Shown: piece by piece, positions 37,959 through 54,449 of the stretch
Numbering within the stretch: position 1 is the first letter of the stretch
Layout: the number at the start of each line of letters is the position of its first letter
Program-made: the position numbers and the translations under genes
From: Octopus vulgaris
Lineage: Eukaryota
Direction of reading: 5' to 3'
DNA: 64,000 nt
NCBI GenBank assembly: GCA_951406725.2
Contig: OX597814.1
Span: 184,016,001-184,080,000 of the forward strand
The notes under the pieces: generated by a model
What the model saw: the letters and a program-made list of their open reading frames with translations, nothing else
What the model was told of the DNA's origin: nothing
The model's database searches: none

Positions 37959-39809
37959 ACATTACCATAATATCGAAGAATCAAATCTTTTTTCCTGATT
38001 TCTACCGTCCTAGTTCCTTAAACTCCGCCTTAAAACGTCTTCTGAAAAATCTCTTCCTTCCATAAAAATCTATCTTGATATTGTTTGCAACCCTATATTC
38101 TTCAAGACAATACCGGCCTACGTCCACCGCATCGATCTCTTCAGCTGAATCAAGACGTTGCAAAGGTCACTAGCATTGCAGCTTCTACTCCTGCTTGTGA
38201 AACATAAACAGTGTACTGACCCCATTCACTTAGACGTACGCTCCACCCTTTAGTATATAATATGAATATGATTACTGATGTATCACAAACCAACAATCAA
38301 AAGGCCATACCGCCACCACCATACACTTCAGCCTACATTAAAATACACTGTAAAGCCGACTACTTCACATTCAGATGTATTTATACTTGAATACGTGAAA
38401 TAAAGACAAATATGTATTTATCTATTTCTCGCCATTGGTGCCAGAAAATAGTCAATTGTTTGACCTTTCTCTGATGACCTTTACTTAACCCTGCTGACTT
38501 TTATCCAGGAAATCCGGTACCTATTCCCGTCACTTAGGTAAACTGAAGCAATGTAAAAAGAATGTGTTTTTGCTGAGAAATGACTTTGAAATTGCAACCA
38601 CACATACACACACGCACACAAACACACACATATATATTCATATATACGTACACTCATACACACATATACATATATACATACATAGATTCATAAAAGCATG
38701 CATTCATGCAAACAAACATGCTTACGTGTGTGCATGCATACATATCTACATACACGAATATATATATATATATATATATAATATTATATATATATACATA
38801 TATATATTTAAAATTTATATTGCATACATGCGCATATATACAAACAAAAACTATTGGATATTCTGGCGGTTTCGAGGAGGAGCGTGCAACTAACTGATTT
38901 ACTTAATTTTTTTAATAATAAAGCAAGTGGCTGAGTATGCCCTAGAGACCTGTGCCCGTAACATAATTACCCCAAGCAAGCCCAGCGCGGCACATAATGT
39001 GACATGACTGACCGTTAGAATTATAGGTACAGTCGATTCAGTTAGTGTTTGATTCATGCTCGATTTTACTCAGATGCTGTCAGGAGATCCGCAGGTAATG
39101 TAGAAGTCAGAAGGTACCATGTCGAGGAACCGAAACCGAGATTTTATTATTGCAAAGTGAAATTCTTAACATCTCAGTCATACATGCATAGAACATTATA
39201 TTCATCTCTACAGAGACTCACACACATGCATACATATATGCATGCATATATATGTGTGCGTGTTTGTGGAATACACTTACAAACATACGTACGTATGAGT
39301 TGGGTTTATATATAGCTATATTTCTATACATACATGCATCTATGCATAATGTCTTTAATATATATATATATATACTCTTATAATCTTACAAACAGATACA
39401 CATCACATAGGTGTACTTATCCAAAATTAGATTTGTATCTGTCTAATAACGAACTGCATCACTGTCATCCGAAAGGTTGTGAGCTTGCATCCCGTATTTG
39501 AACTTTATACTGTATCATATATGCGGAAAGGCTTAAAACCACACGGCTGAAAATATCTAACTAGAATAGTTGTACTCTAAACGCTTAACTACATGATTAT
39601 GTATTGGATAATGGCGAATGATTATATTTAAATAATTCATGATTATTTTACAGAAACTGAATTTAAGCCCCATATTAGATAGGAGAAAACAACAGTTACT
39701 AATTTCAGTGTTCCGAGGTGGATTAGTATGTTGTCCCTAACTCAATATTGCCGCTAAGCATTTTCGACCAAATTCAGCTTTACGTATAGATTTTCAATTT
39801 ACGTAATAA

Positions 39810-40015
39810 TTCTTTCTACTATAGGCACATGGCCAGAAATTTTGGTGACGGAGCTAATAACCTCAGTGCTCAACTGGTAATTATTTTATTGACCCCGAAA
39901 GGATTAAAGGCAATGCCAACCTCCGCAGAATTTGAACTCAAGATGTAAAGACAAACGAAATGCCGCTAAGTATTATGTTCGGTACGTTAACGATTCTGCC
40001 AGCTCGGTGCCTTCA
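39810..40015 (-). mobile_element. SINE family A variant
   Basis: GACCCCGAAAGGATTAAAGGCAA...TTCTGCCAGCTCG. Confidence 0.7.
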
Positions 40016-40617
40016 AAATGCTTATTAATAATGGCACATACATATCTATCACACACCAAACACATCATATGTAACCTTAAAAATATGCACATACTGATGT
40101 ACTCGTGCGCTACAAATATGACGATATTTGAAAAGAAATGAGACTTTTATCTTATTAACGCATCAGCTTCACATATAATGCGTATATTTCATTTCTATGT
40201 AGACTTGCTACAGAACGTGGAAGTTTATATACCAAAAGTGACATATTTTGTCAATAGTCAATGTACTATACTATATACACTTAAATTATATACACATATA
40301 TATTATTATATTATATACATAAATAATATAACATTATGATATCCTATATGCAAGGCTAACTTGGTGAAATATCGGTGCATTAGAATGCACAAATTCTTTT
40401 CAATATAGTTTCACTAAAAATATTTGCTATGATGAATATCACGAATTGCCACAAAAATTTATATCACAAATTTCCCGTATATATCTACTTTCAGTACACA
40501 TATATACGTATATATTTTTTTGAAGGCATCTTATATTATTGAACATAATTTAGAAGTTCCTTCGTCGAGTCTTTTTATAAACATTGCTGGAACGATATAG
40601 CTTTGCTACTTTTGTCA

Positions 40618-40749
<132 letters not shown>

Positions 40750-40939
40750 CAGATTATTCTATTTATTAGAGAATAAAAATTCCGGCGTCACAGGGATTAA
40801 AATAAAATGAATTATTCTCGATAAGGAAATATATGTTATTTAGAGATAGAAATCCCCAAGCAATTCATCAAATCCTAATATACATCACACCATATCATAG
40901 AATTTTATTTTAATACTTACTAATCTGTTTTAAATTTCG

Positions 40940-41116
40940 CTTCTACACATGTTTCATGAGGTGCGTTTAACGTTTCTTAGACACTCCGTCTTTTACAGGA
41001 ATATATAATAACTGCAACCCCAATCCTGACGATTGGGGTTGCAGTTAAGACATATTCCTGTAAAAGACTGAGTATCTAAAGAACGTTAAAGGCACTTCAT
41101 GAAACACGTGTAGAAG
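40940..41116. repeat. Long imperfect hairpin (86-bp arms, 5-nt loop)
   Basis: ...TAACTGCAACCCCAATC ctgac GATTGGGGTTGCAGTTA...; complementarity extends to CTTCTACAC / GTGTAGAAG. Confidence 0.9.
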
Positions 41117-41431
41117 AGGTATGTTCTCTCACTGAACTACATGATAAGGAAATATAGATGAATATTTTATATATGTATATATGTACGTATTTATATATTC
41201 ATATACAACAATGTTTATTATTGAAGATTATAGTACATATATATACCCGCTTCCCTTCCAGAAACTTCGCTATGACAGCAGTTGTAATTGCAGCAGTTAC
41301 AGGCATTCATATATCTATGATTGTTCATAGATGCATAGAAAGACGCACAAATACGCTGAACACACACGCCTATACATATACAGATATTTTATTTACACAC
41401 GCACACACACACACATACATACATACATACA

Positions 41432-41463
<32 letters not shown>

Positions 41464-41501
41464 CATACATACATACATACATACATACATACATACATAC
41501 A

Positions 41502-41532
<31 letters not shown>

Positions 41533-42034
41533 TTATATTTTACGTTGGTTGGTTTCAGTGACTACACCGTGACCATAATGTCATTTTACAATAGTAATAA
41601 AAACTGTATAATATAACACACCAAGAAACATAAAAATTTAACCAAGTGTGATATATACTAGTCTTTCTCTTATTGAGTCTTGATTATTTCCCTTGTGTAT
41701 ACGTATACCTATGTAACAAGCGTAAATATGCCCGTTTATTTTGGGGTGTGTCTTTATCTATGTGCAAACGTGATTTTGTGTGGTCTTGAATATTATTTTC
41801 TCTGTGTATATATGATATTGCATTTATATGTAATACACATATGTTCTTTGCGCGTGAATATATGTATTGGGGAATGTGTGTGTGTGTGTAACTTGAATTG
41901 CTCTATTCGGATTTGTATGTTTGTTAACCACTGCGTGTCTTCGTGTGAACTTTTGTATGTGCGCGTGTGAATGTGTTTTGAGAGTTTGTATGTATACTTA
42001 TCATTCTTTACGTGTCTGTTGCGAATAAATGTGT

Positions 42035-42552
<518 letters not shown>

Positions 42553-43127
42553 TACGCTTCTGTTTCAACGTCAATGCCTTAATTGATATATGGCAAGCCG
42601 TCTCAGTAATACATATTGCAATTTGCAGTTTCAGACATGACACATTAAAAAACGAAATTAGACGTCATTATGTACAATAACCTTCCTTGGACTTCCTCTG
42701 CCATTGTATTTCTCACTGACTGTTTCGCACTGTCTCTTTATTTCTGAAAATCAGTCTCTCTATCTGTCTGATTGTCTTCCCCAATCCCCAACTCTCTCCC
42801 TGTGGTTCTCTATCAACGTTTTTCTACTCTCATGACAACGCCCATGATATTTCTGGAATTTTCCTTTTACATTATTATAATTTGTTTTTTTTTTTGCTCA
42901 TATAATTTCTGTTTCCTCTTAAATTTATTTAGGTGTGTGTATGTGTCTGAGCATGCGCTCACGCAAGTGCGTCTTCTCTTTGGGGCAGTTGCTTCGACGG
43001 TAAGACTGCTGGACGCTATTAGTAAAAATGATGGTATCCAAGTTCGCATCTAGCCCAAGAAAATGCAGAACTTACACATGAGTCGTAATGAATAATTCGC
43101 TACACAAGCACAAATTTAGTTCCATGT

Positions 43128-43291
43128 AGGCGCAGGAGTGGCTGTGTGGTATGTAGCTTGCTTACCAACCACATGGTTCCGTGTTCAGTCCCACTGCGTG
43201 GCACCTTAGGGCAAGTGTCTTCTACTATAGCCTCAGGCCGACCAAAGCCTTGTGAGTGGATTTGGTAGACGGAAACTGGAAGAAGCCCGTC

Positions 43292-43327
<36 letters not shown>

Positions 43328-43801
43328 AATTAATAAATAAAACATATGCATATATACATACATATATGTACGTACCTACCTCTACATGTATATATACACG
43401 CATATATGGGTACAGGACACCAAAAAAAAACGTCGAACACAATGAGAAACGAAAACATAAACAAAAACCAAGGAACTGGACATTTTTCTTAAACAACAAA
43501 AAAATAGAGTACAGGACAAATAACGCAAGGAAAATTCCCCTTCTTCAGTCGCGATGGTTTCATCTACTCTGTGTTTCGAAGGTGGTATGTGTGTATATGT
43601 TTGTGTGTCTGTATTTGTCCCCCCCCTACCATTGCTTGACAACCGATGGTGATGTGTTTACGTCCTCGTAACTTAGTCGTTCAGCAAAAGAGATAGAATA
43701 AGTACTAGGCTTACAAAGAATAAGTCCTGGGGTCGATTTGCTTGACTAAAGGCGTTGCTCCAACATGGCCGCAGTCAAATGACTGAAACAAGTAAAAGAG
43801 T
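43128..43801 (+). mobile_element. SINE family B with a nested insertion in its internal microsatellite
   Basis: 5' half 43128-43320; insert ~43400-43585 (homologous to 45410-45555); 3' half from ~43590. Confidence 0.85.
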
Positions 43802-44224
43802 ACCTCACAAAACTCGCACGTTCTAAGCAAGAAAAGTGAAGCTGATAAAGAAATTTCAAAATTAAAATAGCTAAAACGATTTTTATAAGCACATAAGTTT
43901 CTGAGTTCGCTCCGAGTACAAGCAAACCAAAACTTGTACGTGTGATTCTCGTACACATACTATTCTACGCTGACATACATATATATATATAGAGAGAGAT
44001 TTTAATATAGATTACACAAAGCTTGATATTATTTAACAAAGATTACGAGATTTATTAACCGAAAATAAAACAAAAACATTTCCAACAACAAAATAGATTT
44101 TGCCAGTGTCTGACATCTGATTCTGACTTAAAGTAATCCCAAAGCTGCTACAAAGACGAACGTCTACAAAGCTAGCAGATGTGTCTGTGTGTATGTGTGT
44201 GTGTGTGTGTGTATCAGTGCATAT

Positions 44225-44770
<546 letters not shown>

Positions 44771-44959
44771 TTATATACATACATACACATACACACACAC
44801 GCACATATATATATACACACACACATAGAAACATACATACACACATGCATATATACGTACTTACACGTGTGTGTGTTTGTGTGTGTGTGTGTGTGTGTAT
44901 GTGTGTGTTTATGTCTGCTGTCTGACTTATTATTTTTAGCGTTCATTGTTCTACCGAAC

Positions 44960-45280
44960 AACGAACGTTGTCCTGGTGGACGCCGGCTGTCCTGTAGAAT
45001 GTAAACATGTAGTACAATTATCGACTATCAGCAGCCTGCCTAGTGATCTTCTATTTGGTAGTGTTACAGCAACCGTCATGAGAGTCTCTAAATTTTGGAA
45101 AGTCATTTACTCAGTAATCATTCTGGAGCTCATTTCACCACTTTATATCGCACAGGCGTTTGTTTACGTTCTAGATCCCTCTCCAGAAAGAATGACCCTG
45201 GATTCTGCTGGGGAGCAGCTTTCACAACCTTCATGGTGTGGTCATTCATATTCCCATACACATCTTGTGGTTTTTACGAC
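44960..45280 (-). pseudogene. Possible pogo/Tigger transposase remnant
   Basis: Minus translation fragments VYGNMNDHTMK...NP...TPVRY and RLLIVDNC resemble Tigger DDE motifs. Confidence 0.3.
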
Positions 45281-45409
45281 AAATAACCAAAATATAAATA
45301 TATATAAATACACACATATACACACACACATATACATACACATATATACATACATATATGATATACACATACATATATGTACATATCTACATATGTATAT
45401 ATACATGCA

Positions 45410-45555
45410 TATATGGGTACAGGACATCAAAAAAAAAAACGTTGAACACAATGAAAAACGAAAATATAAAAACCAAAACATAGAAAACGAACTTTTTTTC
45501 GAACAACGAAAAAAATAGAGAAACGAGACATGCAGCATAAAGAATATTCCCCTTC
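45410..45555. mobile_element. Short repeat inserted in TA-rich microsatellite (Penelope-like)
   Basis: CATATATGGGTACAGGACA...GAACACAATGA...ATTCCCCTTC shared with 43400-43550. Confidence 0.6.
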
Positions 45556-45641
45556 ATATATATATATATATATATATATATACAAAATTTAAAGGAATGT
45601 CCACTATATATATACATATATATATATATACATACATATAT

Positions 45642-45890
45642 AGCAAGGCACTTTATTTCTCGTTGATCCTGTTAACTCAGTTGCAGAAATGTGTCACAAC
45701 GGCACTGGTGCCAAGCTGTATCGGCCTTTGCCTTTCCCTTGAATGACATCGGTGACATGGAGAGGGAAGTCTGGTATGCATGGGCGACTGCTGTCCTTCC
45801 ATCAACATTCTTCCCGGGTTTATGCCTAGGACGAGATCTTTCTAGAAGCAATCCATGGTCATTCATGACCGAATGAGGACTTTACCCTAC
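45642..45890 (+). mobile_element. 5'-truncated SINE-like element
   Basis: GCAAGGCACTTTATTTC central-domain-like start; GC-richer body between microsatellites. Confidence 0.45.
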
Positions 45891-45928
45891 ACACACGCAC
45901 GCACACACACATACATGCACACACGCAT

Positions 45929-45995
<67 letters not shown>

Positions 45996-46559
45996 TACAT
46001 GTACACAAAAAGACACACACACACATATGTTTGTATGTATGCATGTAAATAGATACACACATTTATATTAAGCGTGAGAGCAAGACGCTTGTTTTGTCAG
46101 AAGTGCGTTATGAATTTTTGTATGTTCAATGGCAGAGACTCTTTAGAGAGCTAATAAATGTCTCTGTTGTGCATTTTGATCTTTGTTTAAAACTTAGAAG
46201 AGTGAGTGACTATATTCTGCTATGTTATATAAACCATGTAATAATAATTATTTGAAAGCGATGAAGGCAATATTTTTGGCTAATATTTGCACGTCTTTGC
46301 AAAATTTCTCAGTAGGTTGTCTTTTCTATGGATTCAGGCCACACGTGGAACACTTAACTAGATAATTCACATTCTCCACTGCCTATGCTGGCAGAAGAAT
46401 ATACATACATGCATATATGCATCTATGCATTTAAGTATGTTCACATACACACACACAGACTTTGATTCTTGTTTCTATGCTATCCTGGACTCTCTGTTAC
46501 TATTAGTGACAATTGAATCTTTCCTTTTTGATTTTATATTGCGTCTAGCCACATTCGTG

Positions 46560-46985
<426 letters not shown>

Positions 46986-46994
46986 AACAACAAC

Positions 46995-47070
<76 letters not shown>

Positions 47071-47975
47071 CGTATATATATATACACACACAAACACCGA
47101 CAAAAATACGTATACACACACATATATGCATGTATGTGAATATATGTATGTAGATGCTGTGATAAATGCACATTTATATAAGTGGATTGAAATTGAGAAC
47201 AGAGACCGTTGGTTCGGCAACTCGGAAAACGTATCGAACTAACTGCAAGGCATTCAACATTGAAACAATTTCCCCGGATTTAGCTCTACTTAACGCCGTA
47301 GTAGCCAGAAGAAGCGATTTAAAAATTCGTCTCAGTGCAGATAAATGTGTACTAATTTTCGTACTGGAGCTATTTTGGCAAACTTGACACGAAATCTGAA
47401 CAAAGAAAAAACAAAATTGCTTTATGGAAGAATATTTATGCTTCAAACATTATGAAACACAGGAAATACATCTAGAGTTTTCGGTAACAATTTTTGAATA
47501 TATAAATATTCATACAGTGTAGGTCTGACATTTTGAACACGTATGAAGTTTGCACTGCTAAAGGCTGCCGGCATTTCACTATTTAACTTTTGATGTGCTT
47601 TTATTTGGAATGGTTACCATCGACAAGTTAGTTAGATGTAGCTGTCAACTAATACAAAAATATATTCTTTAACTTATTTTGGCACGTTTATCGACCTTTC
47701 CCTCCTTACTTTGAGATATCTGAAGACATTTTACAAGCGCTGTTTCATGAAATATTGCTTGTATTTTAATTCAAATTAATGTGAAGTGTCACTTGTAAAA
47801 TTTGTGTGTATGTGCGCGCGCGTGTATGTGTTTGTGTGTGTACGTGCGTGTATTTGTATGTGAGTGAGTATGTGTGTGTGAGTTTGTGTGTAGGGGATTG
47901 TTAATGAATCTCTTCAAGAATTCCAGGAATACATAATGTATTTCTTGTCTATGTATACCGATCTCTTCATATATA

Positions 47976-48910
47976 CGAGGTGGTATCAAAACGTTCCCGA
48001 ACTAGTTATGTTTGATAAAAATATAACTTATTTACCTAAATTTTAACATCGTCTCCTTCAGAATAGTCACCTTCCGCAGTAATATACTGGTCTCGGCGTC
48101 CCTGCCACTTTTGGAATCCAGCCTGGAAGTCGATTTCTGTTAGCGAGTCTCAGTGTCCCTGCCACTTTCGGAATCTTGTCCGGAATTCGTTTACCGGACC
48201 AGCGAGTCGAGGATATTCTACGATTCATTCTGGATTTCCATATAGGTGCTGAAACTACAATATTTGAGCTGCATTTTATTCTTGGAATAGAGACGGAAGC
48301 CCGCTGGTGGTAGATCTGGCAAATAGGAAGGGGTGCTGAAGTGATACCATGTTGGTTTTGGAGAGAAATACACAAGTGAAGCGAGCTCGGTGAAAAATCC
48401 AATTATTTGCGCCCCGCAGATCCGGCTGCTTTCGCCGAATGTCCTCTCTCAAACGTTTCAAAACATCGCAGTAGCACTCTCGATGGTCGGTCTGGCCCTA
48501 GGAAACGAATTCTCGATTGCCGGGACTGACGCTCCTGGCATGTCTTCCAGATTGCTTATCGTCTTCCAGGGACGTTCTTTCGCCTTCGAAGCGCCCGTAC
48601 TATTCGAAACGTTGCGTGCGACCCATTGCCTCGACGCCGTAAGCTTACCGAAACATGCTCAGTGTCTCTGTAGCAGACTTTCCAAGTTTAACGCGAAACT
48701 TCACATTGGCACTTTGTTTCTGTCCATGACAAAATCGCAGACTACAACATACACGTGATTACAAAAACACAAATTTCACAACTTGCGAAATAAAGACAGC
48801 GATATCACTCGGCACACTGCCTCACAAAATTCACTGCTAGCTCTCACTGGTACGCAACCGTGTGCTGCTATCTGTTGGCGTGCTACAGAACTAGTCCAGG
48901 AATATGAGTT
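47976..48910 (-). mobile_element. Internally deleted mariner transposon
   Basis: TA|CGAGGTGGTATCAAAACGTTCCCGAACTAGT TIR; minus translation KFRVKLGKSATETLSM..AYG..SLEDD..SGR (HTH), KRLREDIRRK.P...W and a frameshifted HP...PDL region. Confidence 0.85.
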
Positions 48911-49010
48911 TGACATTAAAATCAGCTTGATAGAAATAACTTGTGGTCAGCGGCATATATTTGAGAAAATGTAACGGGGAAGATAACATTTGTTGTTCAC
49001 AGCCACTCCT

Positions 49011-49430
49011 AGGCGTAGGAGTGGCTGAGTGGTAAGTAGCTTGCTTACGAACCACATGGTTCCGGGTTCAGTCCCACTGCGTGGCACCTTGGGCAGATGT
49101 CTTCTACTACAGCCTCGGACCGACAAAAGCCTTGCGAGTGGCTTTGGTAAACGGAAACTGAAAGAAGCCTGTCGTATATATGTATGTATATATATATATA
49201 TAAATATATATGTGTGTGTGTGTGTGTTTGTGTGTCTGTGTTTGACCCCCACCATCGCTTGACAACCGATGTTGGTGTGTTTACGTCCATGTAGCCTAGC
49301 GGTTCGGCAAAAGAGACCGATAGTATAAGTACTAGGCTTACAAAGAATAAGTCTTGGGGTCGATTTGCGCGACTAAAGGTGGTGCTCCAGCATGGCCACA
49401 GTCAAATGACTGAAACAAGTAAAAGAGTAA
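49011..49430 (+). mobile_element. SINE family B, full length
   Basis: Family match. Confidence 0.9.
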
Positions 49431-51214
49431 TTATAGTTTGCAGATACCTAAAAAGAAGAGTTGAAAAGGAACAAAATTAATTTAAAGATGTAAATATCAA
49501 AGCTATATACTGCTAAGTTATAATGCATTAATTCCTTGTATATAAACTGGATAAATTTGTCGAGGAGCGATATTGCAATTTAAAAATTCACATCATCTGC
49601 ATCCACCGACTCTGAGACTTTTAATGGCTCTTCCATTCTTTAATTATGCCAGGGTCATTTAATCCGTCTTTACGTTCTTAGTTCAAATTCCACCGCGGTA
49701 GACTTTTGCTCTTCATTTCGAGGTTGAGAATAAGTACCAGCTCAACACTGAAGTCGATGTAATTGATTCAACCCCTACCCCGATGGTTGCTGACTTTGTG
49801 CCAGACCAATATGTGTGCGCGTGTGTGTGTGTGTGTGCGCGCGCGTGCATGTGTGTTCTTGTGTGTGTGTATGTGTGTGTGTGAGCGTGTGTCCATGTGT
49901 GCGTGTGTATCACGATGATTATAACCATCAGTATCTTCACCATCGTAAATTAACTTCCGACTTGAATTCACACACACACACGCACACACACACACACACA
50001 CACATACACACACACACACACATATTCCAGCGCACGTGTGTGTGTGTATGTATGTATGCTGCGAAGGATCAGTGTTGCAATGGTGTATGAACGCGGCGAT
50101 GAATATGTAAATGTGTATATTAACCATTTATGGGTCAAAATATTTGACAGGCAAAATTATTGGATTTGCGAATAAGATACTTTAGATACAAAATTATTAT
50201 CAATTCTGGTAAATAAATCCATGTCTGGACGCACACAAGTAAGTATTCACGTGGTTAGGTTAATTCGTCTGTTTCTCTGTGAAGCAAAAAATGTCAACCT
50301 TAAACTGTGTTGCCTGAATCTCCGTTAAGTCCGACCGACGTACTATGACCTCTGGGTGACACATCATCTCTTAGAAGGGGCTTCATGAGTTGTAACTCGC
50401 GACACTTCAGCGACAGCTTAGAAATTTTAACCATCCTTCAGTGGTTCGCTTCGTTCGTCTCAATGATTATATAGTTTATTTATTTATTTCAAACCTTATT
50501 TATGACTGGATCAGAACACCATCTCATTGGCTTCACGAAAAGCTAATTTACAGGGAAGAGCGGGAAGTGAGTATAAAGACACGCGTGTTAAAGGTGGTGC
50601 GTGTGGTTGGATGTTTTAGCACGACTGCAATGTAGTCAGCCCTATATCGAATGTATTTAGCCGCTGCCGTTTTTGTTGGCGTTTTTTTTTTTTCTTCTAG
50701 GGATGTTTTTTTATTTATCCTCCTCCCTTGCGATGAAAAAATGCGAAAGGACTCCAACTAAATAAATATATAAATAGATGAATAGATGAATGAATGAACA
50801 AAATAATGAATAAATAAATAAACAAACAAACAAGCTATTAGAAGCTTGGTCAGATGATGTAAATGGAACGATATAGAAAGTAATGGAAGCTGAGAAGGGG
50901 ACAAATATAAAGATGCAGGTTTTTTGTTTTCGATTTATTTGTGTTTGTTTTGTTTTCGGAGTTATAAGCACCAATGGAAGAGAGAATCGTGAGTCACATC
51001 GAGGGAGATAAAATAAAAATAAAAAAATGAAGAAACTATGTAATGAAACTGGAAGAAAAAAATATATGCGAATGTAAAGAAAATATGATGTGAGCTGACA
51101 ACTAAAGTTTGTAGAAGAGAGAAAGTTAGTGCGTGTGTTTGTTTCTTAGGCACATGCTACACACTCACACATGCATAGATGTATATAGACATAAATTCAT
51201 ACATACGTACATAG

Positions 51215-51215
51215 C

Positions 51216-51277
<62 letters not shown>

Positions 51278-51302
51278 TATACATATATATATACATATAT
51301 AT

Positions 51303-51365
<63 letters not shown>

Positions 51366-51404
51366 CATATATATATATACATATATATACATATATATAT
51401 ACAC

Positions 51405-51478
<74 letters not shown>

Positions 51479-51494
51479 ATACATATATATATAT

Positions 51495-51540
<46 letters not shown>
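51215..51540. repeat. Imperfect (TA)n microsatellite
   Basis: Direct inspection. Confidence 0.95.
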
Positions 51541-51542
<2 letters not shown>

Positions 51543-52756
51543 AAAGTATGCAAGTTAGAGTGAATGTGCGTATAAAAAGTTTTCAGAAGACTAGAGTGTG
51601 TAAAAGAATCTAAGCGAAACGACTTTTTATAGGAGTTTAGTAATAAAAGAGGGAAACTGGAATATGGGGGAAAAGCGTCGAGCCTGAATAAATATTTCTC
51701 AGGCATGTTCATTTTTGAATGTACCTAAGATTTTTCTCAACTGGACTGGTGTAACCAACTGTCTGTCTGTCGCCATCAGAAGAGAAAAGGAACAAATTAT
51801 ATATAAATATAGACTGGTAGTTTATGAAGCTTTTTACGTAGTTCCGTGATTCTTGATATGTGTCAATCAACTCTTAAGAATCCATTAGAGAATGTCAACA
51901 TAGTCTAATTGGTTTAAGTTCTCAGCCCCCACTTTCAATTTCAAGATAGCATTCTGATCTGCTTCCTTGCCTTTTAGTTACGTATGATTTGAAACATACA
52001 CACTCACACACACGTACAAATACTCTCCATCTCTCCCTCATTCTCTCACTCCCATACACAAACATATATATACACATACTACTTCCCTCATTGACATAGA
52101 CAGTAGCAAAAACATATTCACACACACGAAGGCACTCACAAGTTCTGTGACCTGCATCCTTACGCTTTATTTCTTTTCTCTTTTCGTGTATAATATAATT
52201 ACAAACGTTTCCATACACACTAGCATGCACACGCGATCATGCATACATATATATATTCTTACACAAGAAAATACACACGTATATTTGCAAACGTACAGAA
52301 ACCCACGATTGCCCTCATACACAGAAAAACAGTCTGTGATCTCCTTCATTATTTTTATTTGTGCATGATTTGAAACTCTCTCTCTCTCTCTTTATCTCAC
52401 TCTCTCTTTATCTCTCGCTCTTTCTCTTCATCTCCCTCTCTTTCTCTCTTTATCTCTCTCTCTCTCTTCCTCCCACGCATACATATTCAGACAAAGAAAT
52501 ATGTGAGTGGCTACGTAAGACATAACTTACTTTCTCTATATCTATAATTTCCATACCGAGTGACTGTTGTCTCTTAACTTTGTCATCAAAGCTCCCATCA
52601 TTAACATCATGCAATAAGGAAATAAGGATGGCAAATTTTTGCAGATTGAATCCTCTCCGTCGGTTGCCCTAATACGCATATGCCTGTCAAGATATATCAA
52701 GCAGTCCCTACAATCGTAAAAGAAACAATAATACCTCGGGCTATATATACATATAC

Positions 52757-52805
<49 letters not shown>

Positions 52806-52860
52806 GTGTGTGTGTATAAATAAATACATATATATACACACATGTATATATATATATAAT

Positions 52861-52915
<55 letters not shown>

Positions 52916-52920
52916 ATACA

Positions 52921-53028
<108 letters not shown>

Positions 53029-53923
53029 TGTATTTATTTATGTATATGCGCATGTATGTATCACAATCTTCAACGTGCATGGTTTATATGAAGTAAAATG
53101 CCAAATAGATGTTTCAAAGTGTACGAATACTCGAAGTGAAATGCGGAAATAAGACCTTTAAGAAACTGTGTTCTGCCGATAAGTTTTATTTCAGATACAA
53201 AACACCATATCGAAAAGGAATTCATTTGTCATATGTGAAATGACGTGGCTTTGCTAATTTCTTCAACATCGATGTTTAGAAATTGATAAATATGGACAAT
53301 AGAATTCAGAGATCTTGGTTGGAATAATAATGACAAGAACACTTGGAGGCTAAAGAAAGAAAAACAAACGTTGTAGTTTTAAAATGAGTCGTCAATGGCT
53401 GAATTGTATTGGGATCACTTGAGCTGCTAAACTTGGCAGCGAAATTTCTCTCCGGCCGCCTTTTAACTCTTTCATTAACTTTCATTACCAGTCTATTTTT
53501 TGGGGGGAATATTATGACTGAAACCCTTTTGTGTTGAGATATGTCAAGGTTATAGAAACGGCGTGACTTGCAGAAAATGCAATTCTATTCTTTTGGTAGA
53601 TAATATCATAACTGGAACATCCATGAAATTCAATTTCGGAACGAAAGGATTGAATTAGCAAGGACTGACTTTAGATGTGTATCGCGAAACACAAAGGAGG
53701 TGTTCGCAAGGAGAATGCTTTTGGTATAAGGGATGTTCAATTTTTGCTGAACTGGGACTAAACAGCAAGAAGAAGAAGAAGAAGAAGAAGAAGAAGAAGA
53801 AGAAGAAGAAGAAGAAGAAGAACAACAACAACAACAAGAACAAGAACAACAACAACAACAACAACAACAGTAGTAGCAGCAACAACAATCCCAACAACGG
53901 CGAATACGACGACAACAACATCA

Positions 53924-54120
53924 GTGGAGGCGCAATGGCCCAGTGGTTAGGGCAGCGGACTCGCTGTCGTAAAAACGCGGTTTGTTTCGATTCCCAGACC
54001 GGGCATTGTGGGTGTTTATTGAGCAAAAACACCTAAGCTCCACGAGTTCCGGCGGGGGTGGAGAGTGGTGAATCCCGCTGTACACTTTCACCACAACTTT
54101 CTCTCACTCTTTCTTCCTAC
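53924..54120 (+). mobile_element. SINE family C 5' part joined to a different 3' sequence
   Basis: Matches family C up to CAACTTTCTCTCACTCTTTCTTCCT, then diverges. Confidence 0.8.
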
Positions 54121-54415
54121 TTCTGTCACAAAGCAGAGGAACCATGGTGCAACCCACTATGGTGTGGTAAACTTTCAGACCCTAATCTAGATTGCGAATC
54201 CTCTGTACCCCAGGATGGTTCAGCTGTCCACCCGTTAAAAGCCACCGCTTACGGAATGAAGATAACAACGTAGCTTTCTCGCCCGTGCAACCGCCAGTCT
54301 ATCGCGTGTGGTGGGTGGATCTTCGAGTTGCCACACGCATTCTTATTAGATTAGAGTAGGCTCGAATTAGAGATTATTCTTTGTGGTTAATGGCGTGAGT
54401 CCTGATTGGAAGAAA

Positions 54416-54449
<34 letters not shown>

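Noticed and set aside
39074-39094. 21-nt micro-exon (CAG|...CAG|GTAATG)
   Set aside because: Appears to lie in a decayed SINE-like repeat; no other support
43530-43585. Permuted (type II) hammerhead on the minus strand (GAAAC...CTGAAGA)
   Set aside because: Stem I does not abut the core and stem II relies on wobble pairs; too weak to call
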